Shown here in pieces: positions 12,831 through 25,059 of a stretch of 64,000 bases of DNA. The number at the start of each line of letters is the position of its first letter. The first letter of the stretch is position 1. The DNA is from Octopus bimaculoides (taxonomy: Eukaryota): the NCBI RefSeq assembly GCF_001194135.2, contig NC_068990.1:64474687-64538686 (forward strand). The letters are read 5' to 3'. The notes under the pieces were generated by a model. It did no database searches. It was not told the origin of the DNA and saw only the letters and a program-made list of their open reading frames with translations. A program made the position numbers and the translations under genes.

Positions 12831-13519
12831 TATATGTATATATANNNNNNNNNNNNNNNNNNNNNNNNNNNNNNNNNNNNNNNNNNNNNNNNNNNNNNNN
12901 TATATATATATATATATATATCATTGACAGCATTTAATGTCCCTTTTCCATGCTGGTATGGGTTGGGAAGTTTAACAGGAACTGGCCACACCAGGTTCCA
13001 TAGTCTGTTTGGTTTGGTTTCTACAGTTGCATGCTCTTCCTAATGCTAACCACTTTACAGAGAGTAGTGGATGCTTTTTATGTGGTACCATCACCAGTGA
13101 CACACACACACACATAGATATATAAAGTATGGGCATTGCAACTGAGAATGACTTGGTGGGCTTTCATTAATTGCATTAGGGGAACAGGTAGTCACAACCA
13201 GACACAGACATCCCCTTGGCTCTCCTACTTTTGACTCAGCAAATAAAGAGAGCACTGCACTAGTCTAGGCTGATACTTTATTGATCTCAAAAAAGGATTA
13301 AATACAAAGTTGGTCTTGGCAGGATTTGAAAATCAAGTGCTATTAGCTGGTGCAAATATTGCAATGCTCCAATTTCTCCACCAGTCAATCACACACACAT
13401 ACATATACACACGTCATGAGAGAAGACCTAAGCTTTGGCACCCAGTCACAGAAGATGGAAAAAACTGGTTTACAACATAACTGCATCCCTCTAACTCCAT
13501 CAAGAGTCAACAAAGAAGG

Positions 13520-13963
13520 GAATGCATGGCTGTCTGGTAAGAAGCTTGCTTCCTAACCACATGGTGCTGGGTTCAGTCCCAATGTTTGGCACCTTGGGCA
13601 AGTGTCTTCTACTATAACCTCAGGCCAACAAAAGCCTTGTAAGTGGATTTGGTAGATGGAAACTGAAAGATGCCCATTGTATATATGTGTGTGTTTGTGT
13701 GTATCTGTGTGTGTGTGTCTTTGTGTGTATCTGTATGTGTTTATTATATTGTGTCTGTGTTGTCCCTCATCATCGCTTGATGACCAGTGTTCGTTTGTTT
13801 ACATCCCCGTAATGTAGTAGTTTGGCAGAAAGACCCAATGAGTAAGTACTAGACTTAAAAGTAAGTCCTGGAGTGGAATTATCTGACAAAAAACACTTCA
13901 AGGCGATGCTCCAGCATGGTCACAATGAAATGACTGAAACAAGTAAAAGAAAAGAGTAAAAGA
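13520..13963 (+). mobile_element. tRNA-derived SINE (ccttgggcaagtgtcttctactata core family)
   Basis: Head tggctgtctggtaagaagcttgc...gggttcagtccc with A/B-box-like motifs, internal (TG)n, and tail ctccagcatgg...tgactgaaacaagtaaaaga. Homologous copies at about 21205-21597 (+), 33275-33430 (+), 42893-43015 (-), 47818-47970 (-) and 55985-56345 (+). Confidence 0.75.
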
Positions 13964-13967
13964 ATAT

Positions 13968-15549
13968 AAGAATAGAGTGGAGTAAGTTCAAAGAGCGATT
14001 ACCTCTGGTGGCAACAAAAGGATTCTCTCTCAGAGTGAAAGGTAGACTGTATGATGCTTGTGTGTGAACAGCTATATTCCATGGTAGTAAGACATGGGCT
14101 CTGAATGTAGAAGACATGCATAGGCTGGAGAGAAATGAAGGCAGTATGCTCTGTTGGATGTGCAACATCAGTGTACATGTACAACAAAGTGCAAATGTAT
14201 TGAAAGAAAAGTTGGGCATAAGAGGAATCAAATGTGGCATAGATGAGAGAAGACTATGTTGGTTTGGACATGGGATGCATATGAATGAGGACATCTGCAT
14301 AAAGAAGTTCTGATCACTGAAAGTGGATGGTACTCGCAGAAGAGGGAGTCCCAGAAGACATGGGATGAAGTGGTAAGGACCAATCTCAGGATGGTGGGTC
14401 TCACAGAGGAAATGACAATGGACCGAGATATCTAATGATATGAGGTTCTTGAGAAGATCCACCCATGTCAGCGAAACTGAGTTCTAGAAGCACTGTGTAT
14501 TCCTTCCATATGTAACAAGAAAGCTTTTCACACACCCTACTCCAACAAACCAAACTATATCTCTACAACTCTTCTCTTTTTCACATTTCTTCTTTCATGG
14601 ACTATGCTTACCTCCCCAATCCTGTTGTCTTGGCTTTGTTTCACTGTATTATTGCTCTCTGATAGCCCCCAACCTGTGTGTTCCATCCATCCGTAACAAG
14701 AAAACTTTTCACAAACCCTACCCCAACAAACCAAACTACATCACTGCATCTTCACATTTCTTCCTTCATGCACTATGCTTACCTCTCACTCCTCAGTCCT
14801 GTCCTCATAACCCTGTTTCTCTGTATCATTACTATCTGGTAGCCCCCCCCCCTCCACTTTATATACCCAGGTTTTCACCACTCCCTGCACTCCCTTCCCC
14901 GCTCTCTAATCATGCTTCAAACCTCAAGAGTATGCCCTGACACTTGCCACCATCTATATCTCTCTCTTCCTTTACTATCCCATGTGTATATTCGATTATC
15001 CCATGTGTATGCTGATTCCCATCCCTTGTGAGTACACCCGGCACTTTGCCTCAGTCTCTATCCTGCTGTCTCTTACTCTTTCTTTCCTACTGCTATTTCC
15101 TCAGGTTGGGTATCCATGTATCTCCTTTATGGCAGCATACCTGTTTCTGTCCTCATTCCTGATATCCCTCTCTCTTACCTTCTACCTCTCCTACAATAGC
15201 CTCTCTCTGTTTTACTATAACCTTTCATCATCTGACACAAGATCACTTCTTTCAGTGTCTCCCTCTCCTCTCAAAAGGTTTTTTATCTTGCAAGTTACTT
15301 GGTGACCCTGTCAGTGCAGGTGCCACTTAAAATGCATCCAGTCCACACTGTAAAGTGGATGACATTTGAAAGGGCATCCAACTGTAAAAACCTTGCCAAA
15401 ACTGACCTCGGCTGTGTTTGTGCCATGTAATAAGCACTCAGTCCGCTCTGTTGGGTGGTTGGTGTTAGGAAGGGCATCCAGCTGTAAAAATCCTATCATC
15501 CCACCCATACCAACATGGAAGGCGGACGTTAAACAATGATGATGATGAT
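13968..15549 (+). mobile_element. 5'-truncated RTE LINE with long pyrimidine-rich 3' UTR and (GAT)n tail
   Basis: WSKFKERLPLVATKGFSLRVKGRLYDACV...GSMLCWMCNISV...RRLCWFGHGMHMNED remnant. Internal duplication of about 180 bp (about 14500-14680 and 14680-14850). Tail ends aaacaatgatgatgatgat. Confidence 0.85.
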
Positions 15550-17696
15550 ATATATATATATATATATATATGTATAAGCAACTTATGGAATCTAATGAAG
15601 TACCATGTAATTGTTTATCTTTGACAATTCTGTATGTTGCCTATTATTTGAAGTGGTTAGCCAAATCTGGATTATTTCAGAGTGCTAATAAGGCATCTGC
15701 CTGGACTCCAAATCCCCAGCTCTTNNNNNNNNNNNNNNNNNNNNNNNNNNNNNNNNNNNNNNNNNNNNNNNNNNNNNNNNNNNNNNNNNNNNNNNNNNNN
15801 NNNNNNNNNNNNNNNNNNNNNNNNNNNNNNNNNNNNNNNNNNNNNNNNNNNNNNNNNNNNNNNNNNNNNNNNNNNNNNNNNNNNNNNNNNNNNNNNNNNN
15901 NNNNNNNNNNNNNNNNNNNNNNNNNNNNNNNNNNNNNNNNNNNNNNNNNNNNNNNNNNNNNNNNNNNNNNNNNNNNNNNNNNNNNNNNNNNNNNNNNNNN
16001 NNNNNNNNNNNNNNNNNNNNNNNNNNNNNNNNNNNNNNNNNNNNNNNNNNNNNNNNNNNNNNNNNNNNNNNNNNNNNNNNNNNNNNNNNNNNNNNNNNNN
16101 NNNNNNNNNNNNNNNNNNNNNNNNNNNNNNNNNNNNNNNNNNNNNNNNNNNNNNNNNNNNNNNNNNNNNNNNNNNNNNNNNNNNNNNNNNNNNNNNNNNN
16201 NNNNNNNNNNNNNNNNNNNNNNNNNNNNNNNNNNNNNNNNNNNNNNNNNNNNNNNNNNNNNNNNNNNNNNNNNNNNNNNNNNNNNNNNNNNNNNNNNNNN
16301 NNNNNNNNNNNNNNNNNNNNNNNNNNNNNNNNNNNNNNNNNNNNNNNNNNNNNNNNNNNNNNNNNNNNNNNNNNNNNNNNNNNNNNNNNNNNNNNNNNNN
16401 NNNNNNNNNNNNNNNNNNNNNNNNNNNNNNNNNNNNNNNNNNNNNNNNNNNNNNNNNNNNNNNNNNNNNNNNNNNNNNNNNNNNNNNNNNNNNNNNNNNN
16501 NNNNNNNNNNNNNNNNNNNNNNNNNNNNNNNNNNNNNNNNNNNNNNNNNNNNNNNNNNNNNNNNNNNNNNNNNNNNNNNNNNNNNNNNNNNNNNNNNNNN
16601 NNNNNNNNNNNNNNNNNNNNNNNNNNNNNNNNNNNNNNNNNNNNNNNNNNNNNNNNNNNNNNNNNNNNNNNNNTTTTTTTTTTTTTTTTTTTTTTATTTA
16701 TTTGAAAAATGATTGGTAGAGTGAGTCACTGGTAAACTTTCATTGGCATTGTAGCTGTTTTAATGTAGTTTCTTAAGCCGGAAGTTTAATATTACTACCA
16801 AATCCCTACGGAATCAATGCAATGTCCCTTGACTTTCAAGCAATCAGACTCTTTAATTCTTTTTGGCATTAGACAACTCTGTATTAGAGATTCTATTAAG
16901 GACATAGTGTTTTTAAATGTTGTTGTTACTGGTGTTGCTGTTGTTGTTATTGTAGTTGTTGTTCGTTGTAATGCAATTCATGCTGGTGTTGGTGGAAGTG
17001 GTAAGACAGTTACTGTTAATGGTGGTGGTTGTGATAATACAGTACTGCGGTTGGTGGTGGTTGCAGTAAAATAGTTTTGTTGAGGTGATGGTTGTGGTGG
17101 TATACTACAGTATTGTTGAGGTGTTGGTACATTACTGTTGATGATGGTGGTAGTGCAGCAACTATTGATGGTGGTAGCAGAGGTGCAGCAGCTGTTGCTG
17201 CTGGTGATGCTGCTTTTGTTATTACTCTTGTTGCCTCGTTTTTTTTTCTTTTCTCTTATATAATTTTTGGTTTTTTTTTCTCTTTTCTAATTTCCTTCTA
17301 TTTATTTCCCTCTAAATCATTTCTTTATTTCCTTCAAATCATTTCTTTCTTTATTTCTCTCTATTCTTTTTTTCATACCTCTTTGCCCTCCATTTTCTCA
17401 GATTCCCATTATTTTTTTCATCCATTTATTCTATATTTTATAATTTGAAATTGACTCAATCTTTTCTTTACTTGCTGTAATTTTTACTGTTTTAACTTAG
17501 GTTTCATTTGCATATCTTGGCACATCTCATGCATTTGATGCACACTGCACCAGGCTTTGTGACATGAAGTGCATATTTACAGCAGTTGAATACAGTGATG
17601 CGTTTCAATCACTGAAGGTCTGTGTGACATTTCATAGAAGCAGTTTGAAGATTGTGTAACATGTAATGTACATGTTATATAACTGAATACATATAT

Positions 17697-20135
17697 ATCA
17701 TCATCATCATCATCATTATTTAACATCCATCTTCCATGCAAACTTGGGTAGAACAGTTCACAGAAGCTGATCGGGAGGGAAAACTACTCTATGCTACTGT
17801 GTCTATTTTGGCAGGGTTTTTACAGCTGGATGCCCTTCCAAATACCAACTACTTTACAGTGGGGAGTGGATGCTTTTTATGTGGCACCATCACCAAGTAA
17901 CTCGCAAGACAAGGAATTATGAGAGGAGCAGGGGCATTTGAGGAGGGGAACTTGTGTCAGATGATGAAAAGTTATTGGGTGACAAAGAGATAGAGAGGCA
18001 GAAACAGGTGTCTTGTTATAACGGAGGTGGCATTGGAGGAGGTGATCCAGTATCAAATGATGAAAGGTTAAAGTGTGACAGAGATAGGAAGGCAGAAATA
18101 GGTGTCTTGCTATAGAGGAGGTACATGGTTATCAAGTGAGAGAGAGCAACCAAGAATGAAAGTAGAAATAGGTGTGCTGCTGTAAAGGAGATACATGGCT
18201 ACCCAGTCAGAGGGGAGAGCAAGGCAAAGAGAGAGAGAGAGAGAGAGTAGGAAACAGCAAAAGTGTAAGAGAGAGCAGGAGAGTGGTGGTGAAGTGCCAG
18301 GATATACTCACATGTAGCAAATATTAGAGCATAGATGTGATGGTACAATAAAGAAAAGCAAGATACGAAGGTCGTAATATACACGGTCAAGTGTTGCCAA
18401 GAAGGTGCAAATAGGGTGTGGGGATTGCAGTGACTGACAAAAACCTGGGTCAAGGGCAGGAAAGGGGATTGGAAGACAGTCATAGTTTATGAAGAGGAAA
18501 TGTGAGAAAGATGCTGTTTAGAAGAGAAGATGTAATTTGGTTTCTTGAAGTAGGTGTGTGAAAAGTTTGTTGTTACATGTGGGTGGGACACAACTCTTCT
18601 AGCACTCAGTTTTGCTGACATGGGTGGGTCTTTTCTAGAACCTCATATCATCAAACATCTCGGTCCATTGTCATTTCCTTTGTGAGCTCCAGCATTTTGA
18701 TCAGTCCTCACCACTTCATTCCATGTCTTCCTGGATCTCCCCCTTCTACAGGTACCATCCACTTTCAGTGATCGGCACTTCTTTATACAGCTGTCTTCAC
18801 ACATACGCATCACATGTCCAAACCAACGCATGCTCTTCTCCTGCATGCCACCTTGAATCCCTCTTACACCTGATTTTTCTCTCAACACAGTTGAGCTTTG
18901 TTAGTTTTGCACACTGCTGTTGCAAATCCAACGGAGCATACTACCTTCATTCCTCTCCAGTCTGTGCATGTCCTCTGCAGTCCTAGCCCATATCTCACTT
19001 CCATGTAATATAGCTGTTCTCACACAGGCATCATACAATCTGCCTTTCACTCTGCAATAAAGTCCTCTTATGTCCAACAGAGGTAGTAGCTATTTGAACT
19101 TCTTCCACCCTATTCCTATTCTTGAAACAATACTTTCAGAGCATCCACCACCTTTATTAATTTGGTCACCTAGATAGCAGAAACTTACTGCTACCTCAAG
19201 AGAGCCTCTTGGGCATTCGAGAAAGTTTAAGTCCCTCATGCCGTTAGTACTTATTGTTTAAGTGTATCTGCCACACATTGAAAGCGGCCCTATCTGTTAA
19301 CCTACTTATGATTCCACTGCATCTCTTATGCATCCATAGCTTACACTTGGTGCAGCAAATGGAATTGCATCCCTCTCCTTTCCTACATATTGAGCAGGGC
19401 CATTTACCTGATGGAAGGAGGGTTTTATTTGTTTTCTTGCTAACAACTTTAGTCTTTAAATTAACTTTAAGGCCCTTTGATTTCAGGTTTTGTTTCCAAA
19501 CCCTGAACTTCTCTTCCAATTCTGCTTCAGATTCTTCAATAAGAGCAAGATCATCAGCATATAGTAGTTCCCATGGGCATTGAGTTTTGAATTCCTCTGT
19601 TATGGCCTGGAGAAGTATGATGAATAAGAGTAGACTAAGAACTGATCCCTGATGAACCCCAACTTGTACACTAAATTCATCACTGTATTCAAAGCCGACT
19701 CTCACCTTACTGACAGCATCATTGTACATGGCTTGAATGGCTCTAACAAGCTACTGCTCTATTCCTAGCTTCCTTAGAGACCACCAGATTAGAGAGTGGA
19801 GAACCCTGTCAAAAGCTTTCTCCAAGTTAATGAAAGCTAAGTACAATGGTTTACTTTTGGCCAAATACTTTTTTTGCAGTTGTCTCACTATGAAGATGGC
19901 ATCTGTGGTACTTCTTCCTGAAACAATAACCAAACTGCATCTCATGTAGCTTAATTCTACCCCTAATCAGTTGAGATATAATTCTCTCTGTAATTTTCAT
20001 GACTGGCTTGATACCTTTGTAGTTACCTCTGTAACAGCTTGATACCTATATAGTTATTTCTATCTAAAGCATCACCTTTGCCCTTGTAGCAGCTAACTAT
20101 AATACTACACAGATGCTGTGTGATACATGTTTACT
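17697..20135 (-). mobile_element. Decayed RTE LINE covering most of the RT domain, PHD-like finger, 3' UTR and tail
   Basis: Minus-strand remnants IVSCYKGKGDALDRNNY, GRSTTDAIFIVRQLQKKY..PLYLAFINLEKAFDRV, GVHQGSVLSLLLF, LLYADDLALI and LRWFGHVMRM-like segments. (ATC)n at 17697-17716 is the reverse-complement tail. Confidence 0.9.
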
Positions 20136-20232
20136 GCATAAAGGCTATGTTATGTAATGTATATGCTACATAAGGATTCTGATATGTAATGTATACACTG
20201 TGTAAGGTCCGTGGGATCTAATGTATACACTA

Positions 20233-20359
20233 CAGGGTGTCCTCAAAGTCTGGGTACGTGGAGTAAATAAAATCATGACATAAACAATTAAATATAAGAA
20301 ATAATAATTTCTTAAAGTATGTGTTAATCTCCATGTACCCAGACTTTGTGGACACCCTG
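20233..20359. mobile_element. 127-bp Tc1/mariner-type MITE
   Basis: 31-bp TIRs CAGGGTGTCCTCAAAGTCTGGGTACGTGGAG, with 2 mismatches to the reverse complement of the right end. Flanked by TA on both sides (20231-20232, 20360-20361). Confidence 0.9.
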
Positions 20360-23238
20360 TACATAAAGACTGAGGTATGTAGTATATACTTTAAAGCACA
20401 AGCATGCAGTATATACTTTATGGTACAGGATAAGGACCTTGTGCTATAAAGTATGTGCTGCATAAGTATTGGTTGACAGTTAGAGTATATTGCATGCAGT
20501 AATCTGCAGCAAGTTACAGAATGTGAGCTACATATTGCAAGACTGTGTGAAATGCAACCATTTGACAGGCATAAGTCATAATGCAACAGCTGTGTGACAT
20601 GTGTAAAGTAAGATGTCAAGTTATTGATAAAACGTCATCTGGTTTGTTTATTTGATATTTACTTTTCTATGGAGGCAGAAAATTGACAGAATTGTGTTAA
20701 AGTGTTTGGATAGAATGCTTTGTTGTATATGTCTTGATGCACTATACTCTCAGTTCAAATCCCACCAAGACTGACTTTGTTTTTCAACTTTGCAGGGATG
20801 GTAAAAAGTACCAATCTAGATGAGGTGGGGGTGGATTGTTGGAACTGTTTGAGCCTTGAATGAGATGTTTTGTCTTATTTGTTTCAGCACTTACCATTGT
20901 GACAGCAACACCCACAACGACACTGGAGCCATACCATACTGACTCTGGAGTGGCATGCATGCATGTGCACATACACATACGCACATACACAACTGTAGGT
21001 AGATATACTAATGGTTAACTCTTACTGACACAGATCCCTATACTCTTTTCTCTATTAACATAAAAAATGGGGCTTCTTTCATAACTGCATATTTGTTTAT
21101 GAATCTTTGAAACTATGTACCTTTAAAATTAATTTATTGTTGTTCATTTAGACTCAGGTCATCTAATTGAAAATACCTAAGAGTTATGTGTTGTTCTTGT
21201 AATTTATAGTTTGTGTGTAAGAAGTTTACTTCCCAGCCACATGGTTCCAGGTTCAATCCTACAGTGTAGCACCTTGGGCAAGTGTCTTCTACTATAACCT
21301 TGGACCGACCAAAGCCTTGAGAGTGGATTTGGTCAATGAGAACAGAAAGAAGCCCATCATGTGTGTGTGTGTGTGTGTATTTGTCTGTTTGTCTGTGTTT
21401 GTTCCCCACCACCACTTGTCAGTGGGTGTTGATGTGATTATGTCCCTGTAATTTAGCAGTTTGGCATAAGAGGCTGATAGAATGTGTACCAGGCTTTAAA
21501 AAAAAGTACCCGGTTCAGTTCATTTAACTAAAATTCTAAAAGGTGGTGCCCCAGCATGGCCAAATTTTAATGACTGAAATAAATAAAAGATAAAAGATAC
21601 TTTAAACTAAGGAGGATGGACAATATACCTCAAGTATATGAGTTCAAAGTCTTACTAAAAGTATCGTGCTCCTAAGCAAAACTTCCTCTGATTTGGTTCA
21701 CTGAAAATTATATGCGATTTATTATGATGTGGATGGCCTTTGTTATAGCTTATCTCACCAGGTCACATAACTGGTTGATAACTAATAGTTTGAATGTTTT
21801 GTTTAACAATGCACATTAGAAAGAAATTATTTGGTTGTTTGAGTGCAAAAGTGACTTGAGGTATGTGTGCGCATGCATACTGGACTGACATGGTCACTGT
21901 TTTGGTAAATTATAACCTCTTGTCACCTCCTTATCATTCTCATGGTTTTGTACTCTTCTTCTTTTCATGTCAAGTCTATTGTACTCATGCCTTTACTCTT
22001 ATCTAAAGTAAATACTACAGATATATAAATGTGGGTTTTGTTATTTATGGTATAAATACAGAGCTATCTTTTATCTTCTGATATTTTCATATCTCTAAAC
22101 TGACAATACTGTCATGACATGAGAACATTTCACAGGAATACCTTCTGCATAATAAATATATAGTTAAGCATATTTTCATGTAACATACTGAATCAACAAA
22201 TGCTTAAACTCTTAATAGTACAGCTACCTTTCTAACTAATGAAGAGAGAAATCCTTGGTTTCTTGCCAAGAAAGGCTAGGAAGACAATTCAGAAATTCAA
22301 AGTAACTGAAAATTGAATGGGGGAGCATAAAGTGGGGAGTAAATCTGCCCCTTGCATTGCTCCATTAGCCCAGGTAGCAATGTTCAATGGTATTCCAGCT
22401 GTGACTATGCTATGTTCAGAAACAAATGTATCTAGAACAACATTTGTCATTTGAATAAGATTTAGCTGTTATTTTTAGCATATTGAGCAAGTTAACTACT
22501 CAGTGTCTCGATCATTCTAAGATCTAAGTATGTGTGAGACTATGCTTCACTAAGGAGCTCTTGCCAAAAGATTAGATTTACTCCCTATTACATACCCATT
22601 CTTCATTAAATTTGGAACATTTGGAATTTCAGTTATTTTCATTGTCTTTCTCGACAAGAAGTTAATGAGTTTTCTCTTAAGTTGGTAGGTAGGAGAAATA
22701 TTCATTTCAAACTTTGACACAAGGTCAGCAATTTTGGGGCAAGGGGTAAGTTAATTACAGTGACCCCTGTGCTCAACTGGTACTTATTTTATCAACCCCA
22801 AAAAGGATGAAAGGCAAAGTTAATCTCAGCGGAATTTGAATTCAGAACATAAAAATGGTTGAAATGCCACTAAGCATTTTTCCCAGCATGCTAATGATTC
22901 TGCCTAGTGCATGAAATATTAACAGTTAAAACGTGCTTTGGCTCACTACATTACATTAGCCCACACTTGATTATATATTATTTATCCAGAAGGAATTCCA
23001 GTGATATCATCCCATGTCATGATGAGTACTGGAGTATTGTAGTTTAGAGAGATGAAAATCTCAAACAATAAAAACAGCTTGTTTTCTGTACCATAAATAA
23101 CAAAATCCATATTAAACAAATACATTGATGATGTGTTTCTTTTTAAAAAGAATAATAATGACATAGAAGAGAACAAAACCATGACAATGATATAAGATGA
23201 TGAAGAAAGGTTATAATTTACCAAAACATTGGCTATAG

Positions 23239-23273
<35 letters not shown>

Positions 23274-25001
23274 ACTCATTCACTTTTGCACTGAAGTAAA
23301 CTACTGATTTCTTTCTAATGTGCATTACCAAAAACAATATACAGACTACTTAAAAGGTTATCAACCAGTTGTATGGTTTGGTTAGAAAGATTATGACAAA
23401 AGGCCACATTGTAACAAATGCAAATGGCATCTAATTTTCAGCACTTTGACTTGGAATCCCTGAAAAGTATCATCCATAATTAGGAGCATTTATTACACAC
23501 ACACACACAACAATGTGTCTCACTTATACTCTCACATAGACTTGTAAAAATGCTAGTAGAGTTTATGTAAGAATATATCAGGTTTTATGACTAATTTCAG
23601 ACTTCCTATATAGTAGGTATGTCAAATCCATCGCTAAAAATTCAGTCAAACTAAAAATAGGTTGGCTTCTCTTAGGCTATTTACAAATGTCTGCTAACAG
23701 ACAGCACTATTTAAAGTGTTGTTTTGAATATTTTTCTTCATTTTCATTTTTTTTTTTCACTCATGAAGCTTGCTGCAGCTAAATACTTCTGACACAGTTT
23801 GTTTACTAAAGAAGACATAGAATGTCTACAACTGATGTGAAATTACAAATTTTTGGAGATTCTGATGAAGCTCAACAAAAATATGTTCAAATGTTTCTAA
23901 AGAATGACTTGAAGTCAATTGGTGGAGAAAAATTTCAAGAGGAAAGTAATATATGTGTGTCTCAAATGAAGGAGTATGCTTCTCGATCAGCTAATGATAA
24001 TGGTGATACAGTTATTATGTGGTAGTTTACCAGATCTATATCATATTCTCAATTTTTGGGTGTTTCTGTTCAGTAGATTTAGTCACTATGTTTCTTTTTC
24101 AGATGTTTGTTTTCATCTGTTCCCTATGTGAATGAAGTTCAGATTTGATAACATTCCCACAAGAAACAAGTTTTTAGTTTGGTAGTATAAAATGGAGCTG
24201 AAGAATATTTTTGAGGTGTTTTGAACTGACACTTGGTTATCAAAGACTTTCATTTGCCAGAGGTTATTAGGGGAGGAGAAAAATGTGGAAATGTGGTAGT
24301 TGGTCAGAGACAGGTGTGGAGAGTAATATTGTGGAGGTAGATTCGCAGCCTCGTTTGTACAGTTTCTGGAGAGTTATCTGTCAGCCATGGTCAGATATCG
24401 TCATGGAAAAAAATTGATCTGTCTCGATTTAATAATGCTGGATGTAAATATTGCTTTCTTTGTGCATTTTATTGGTTTCCTGGTATTGTTTTTGCTGTGA
24501 TGGTTTTTGTCAGAGTTCAAGAAATGCTAAACAATGATTGCACATGCAAACCACCAAACAGTAACCATAGACTTTATTTGATGGAACATCAGACTGGAAA
24601 AGTGTTTTGGTACTTCACCTCAGTCCATTTATTGCATGAAATACCATTGATTGTTGCACAGAATCTATTTTTCACTACATGTCACATTGTAACATGTTAT
24701 TGTTATTCAAAAGAAGTGCAGACGAAATAGTTGCAGTTTTCTCCTCCCCATTTGTTGAATGGCAATGTTGAGTTGCTTTACATGAGTCTTCAGTAGTGGC
24801 CTTCAGTTGGCTGTTTATAACTGCAGCTGGTTGCCTGTGACATTCCTCATCACCAAGGTTCTTATCTCCATTACATAATTTTAGGAACCTATGTTAAACT
24901 GTTTGTGATGGCCCCCTTGGCTAAATGTTTGACTAGTACTGTGAGCAGTTTCTACTACTTGGCATTCCATTTTGAATTTATGTACAATAGAATTGCTTGA
25001 A

Positions 25002-25007
<6 letters not shown>

Positions 25008-25057
<50 letters not shown>
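25008..25057. repeat. Poly-T tract (50 nt)
   Basis: Directly visible. Confidence 0.95.

Positions 25058-25059
<2 letters not shown>

Noticed and set aside
9872-16719. Long ORFs of 100-380 aa in the ORF track
   Set aside because: They run through N gaps and (TA)n; artefacts.
16880-17450. Val/Gly-rich and Phe-rich ORFs
   Set aside because: Degenerate (GTT/GGT)n and polypyrimidine tracts.
23822-24025. 67-aa ATG-initiated ORF MSTTDVKLQIFGDSDEAQQKY...
   Set aside because: Protein-like composition but no recognisable family, no clear splice or poly(A) context, and a length expected by chance. It could be a decayed transposase piece; a BLAST search is needed.
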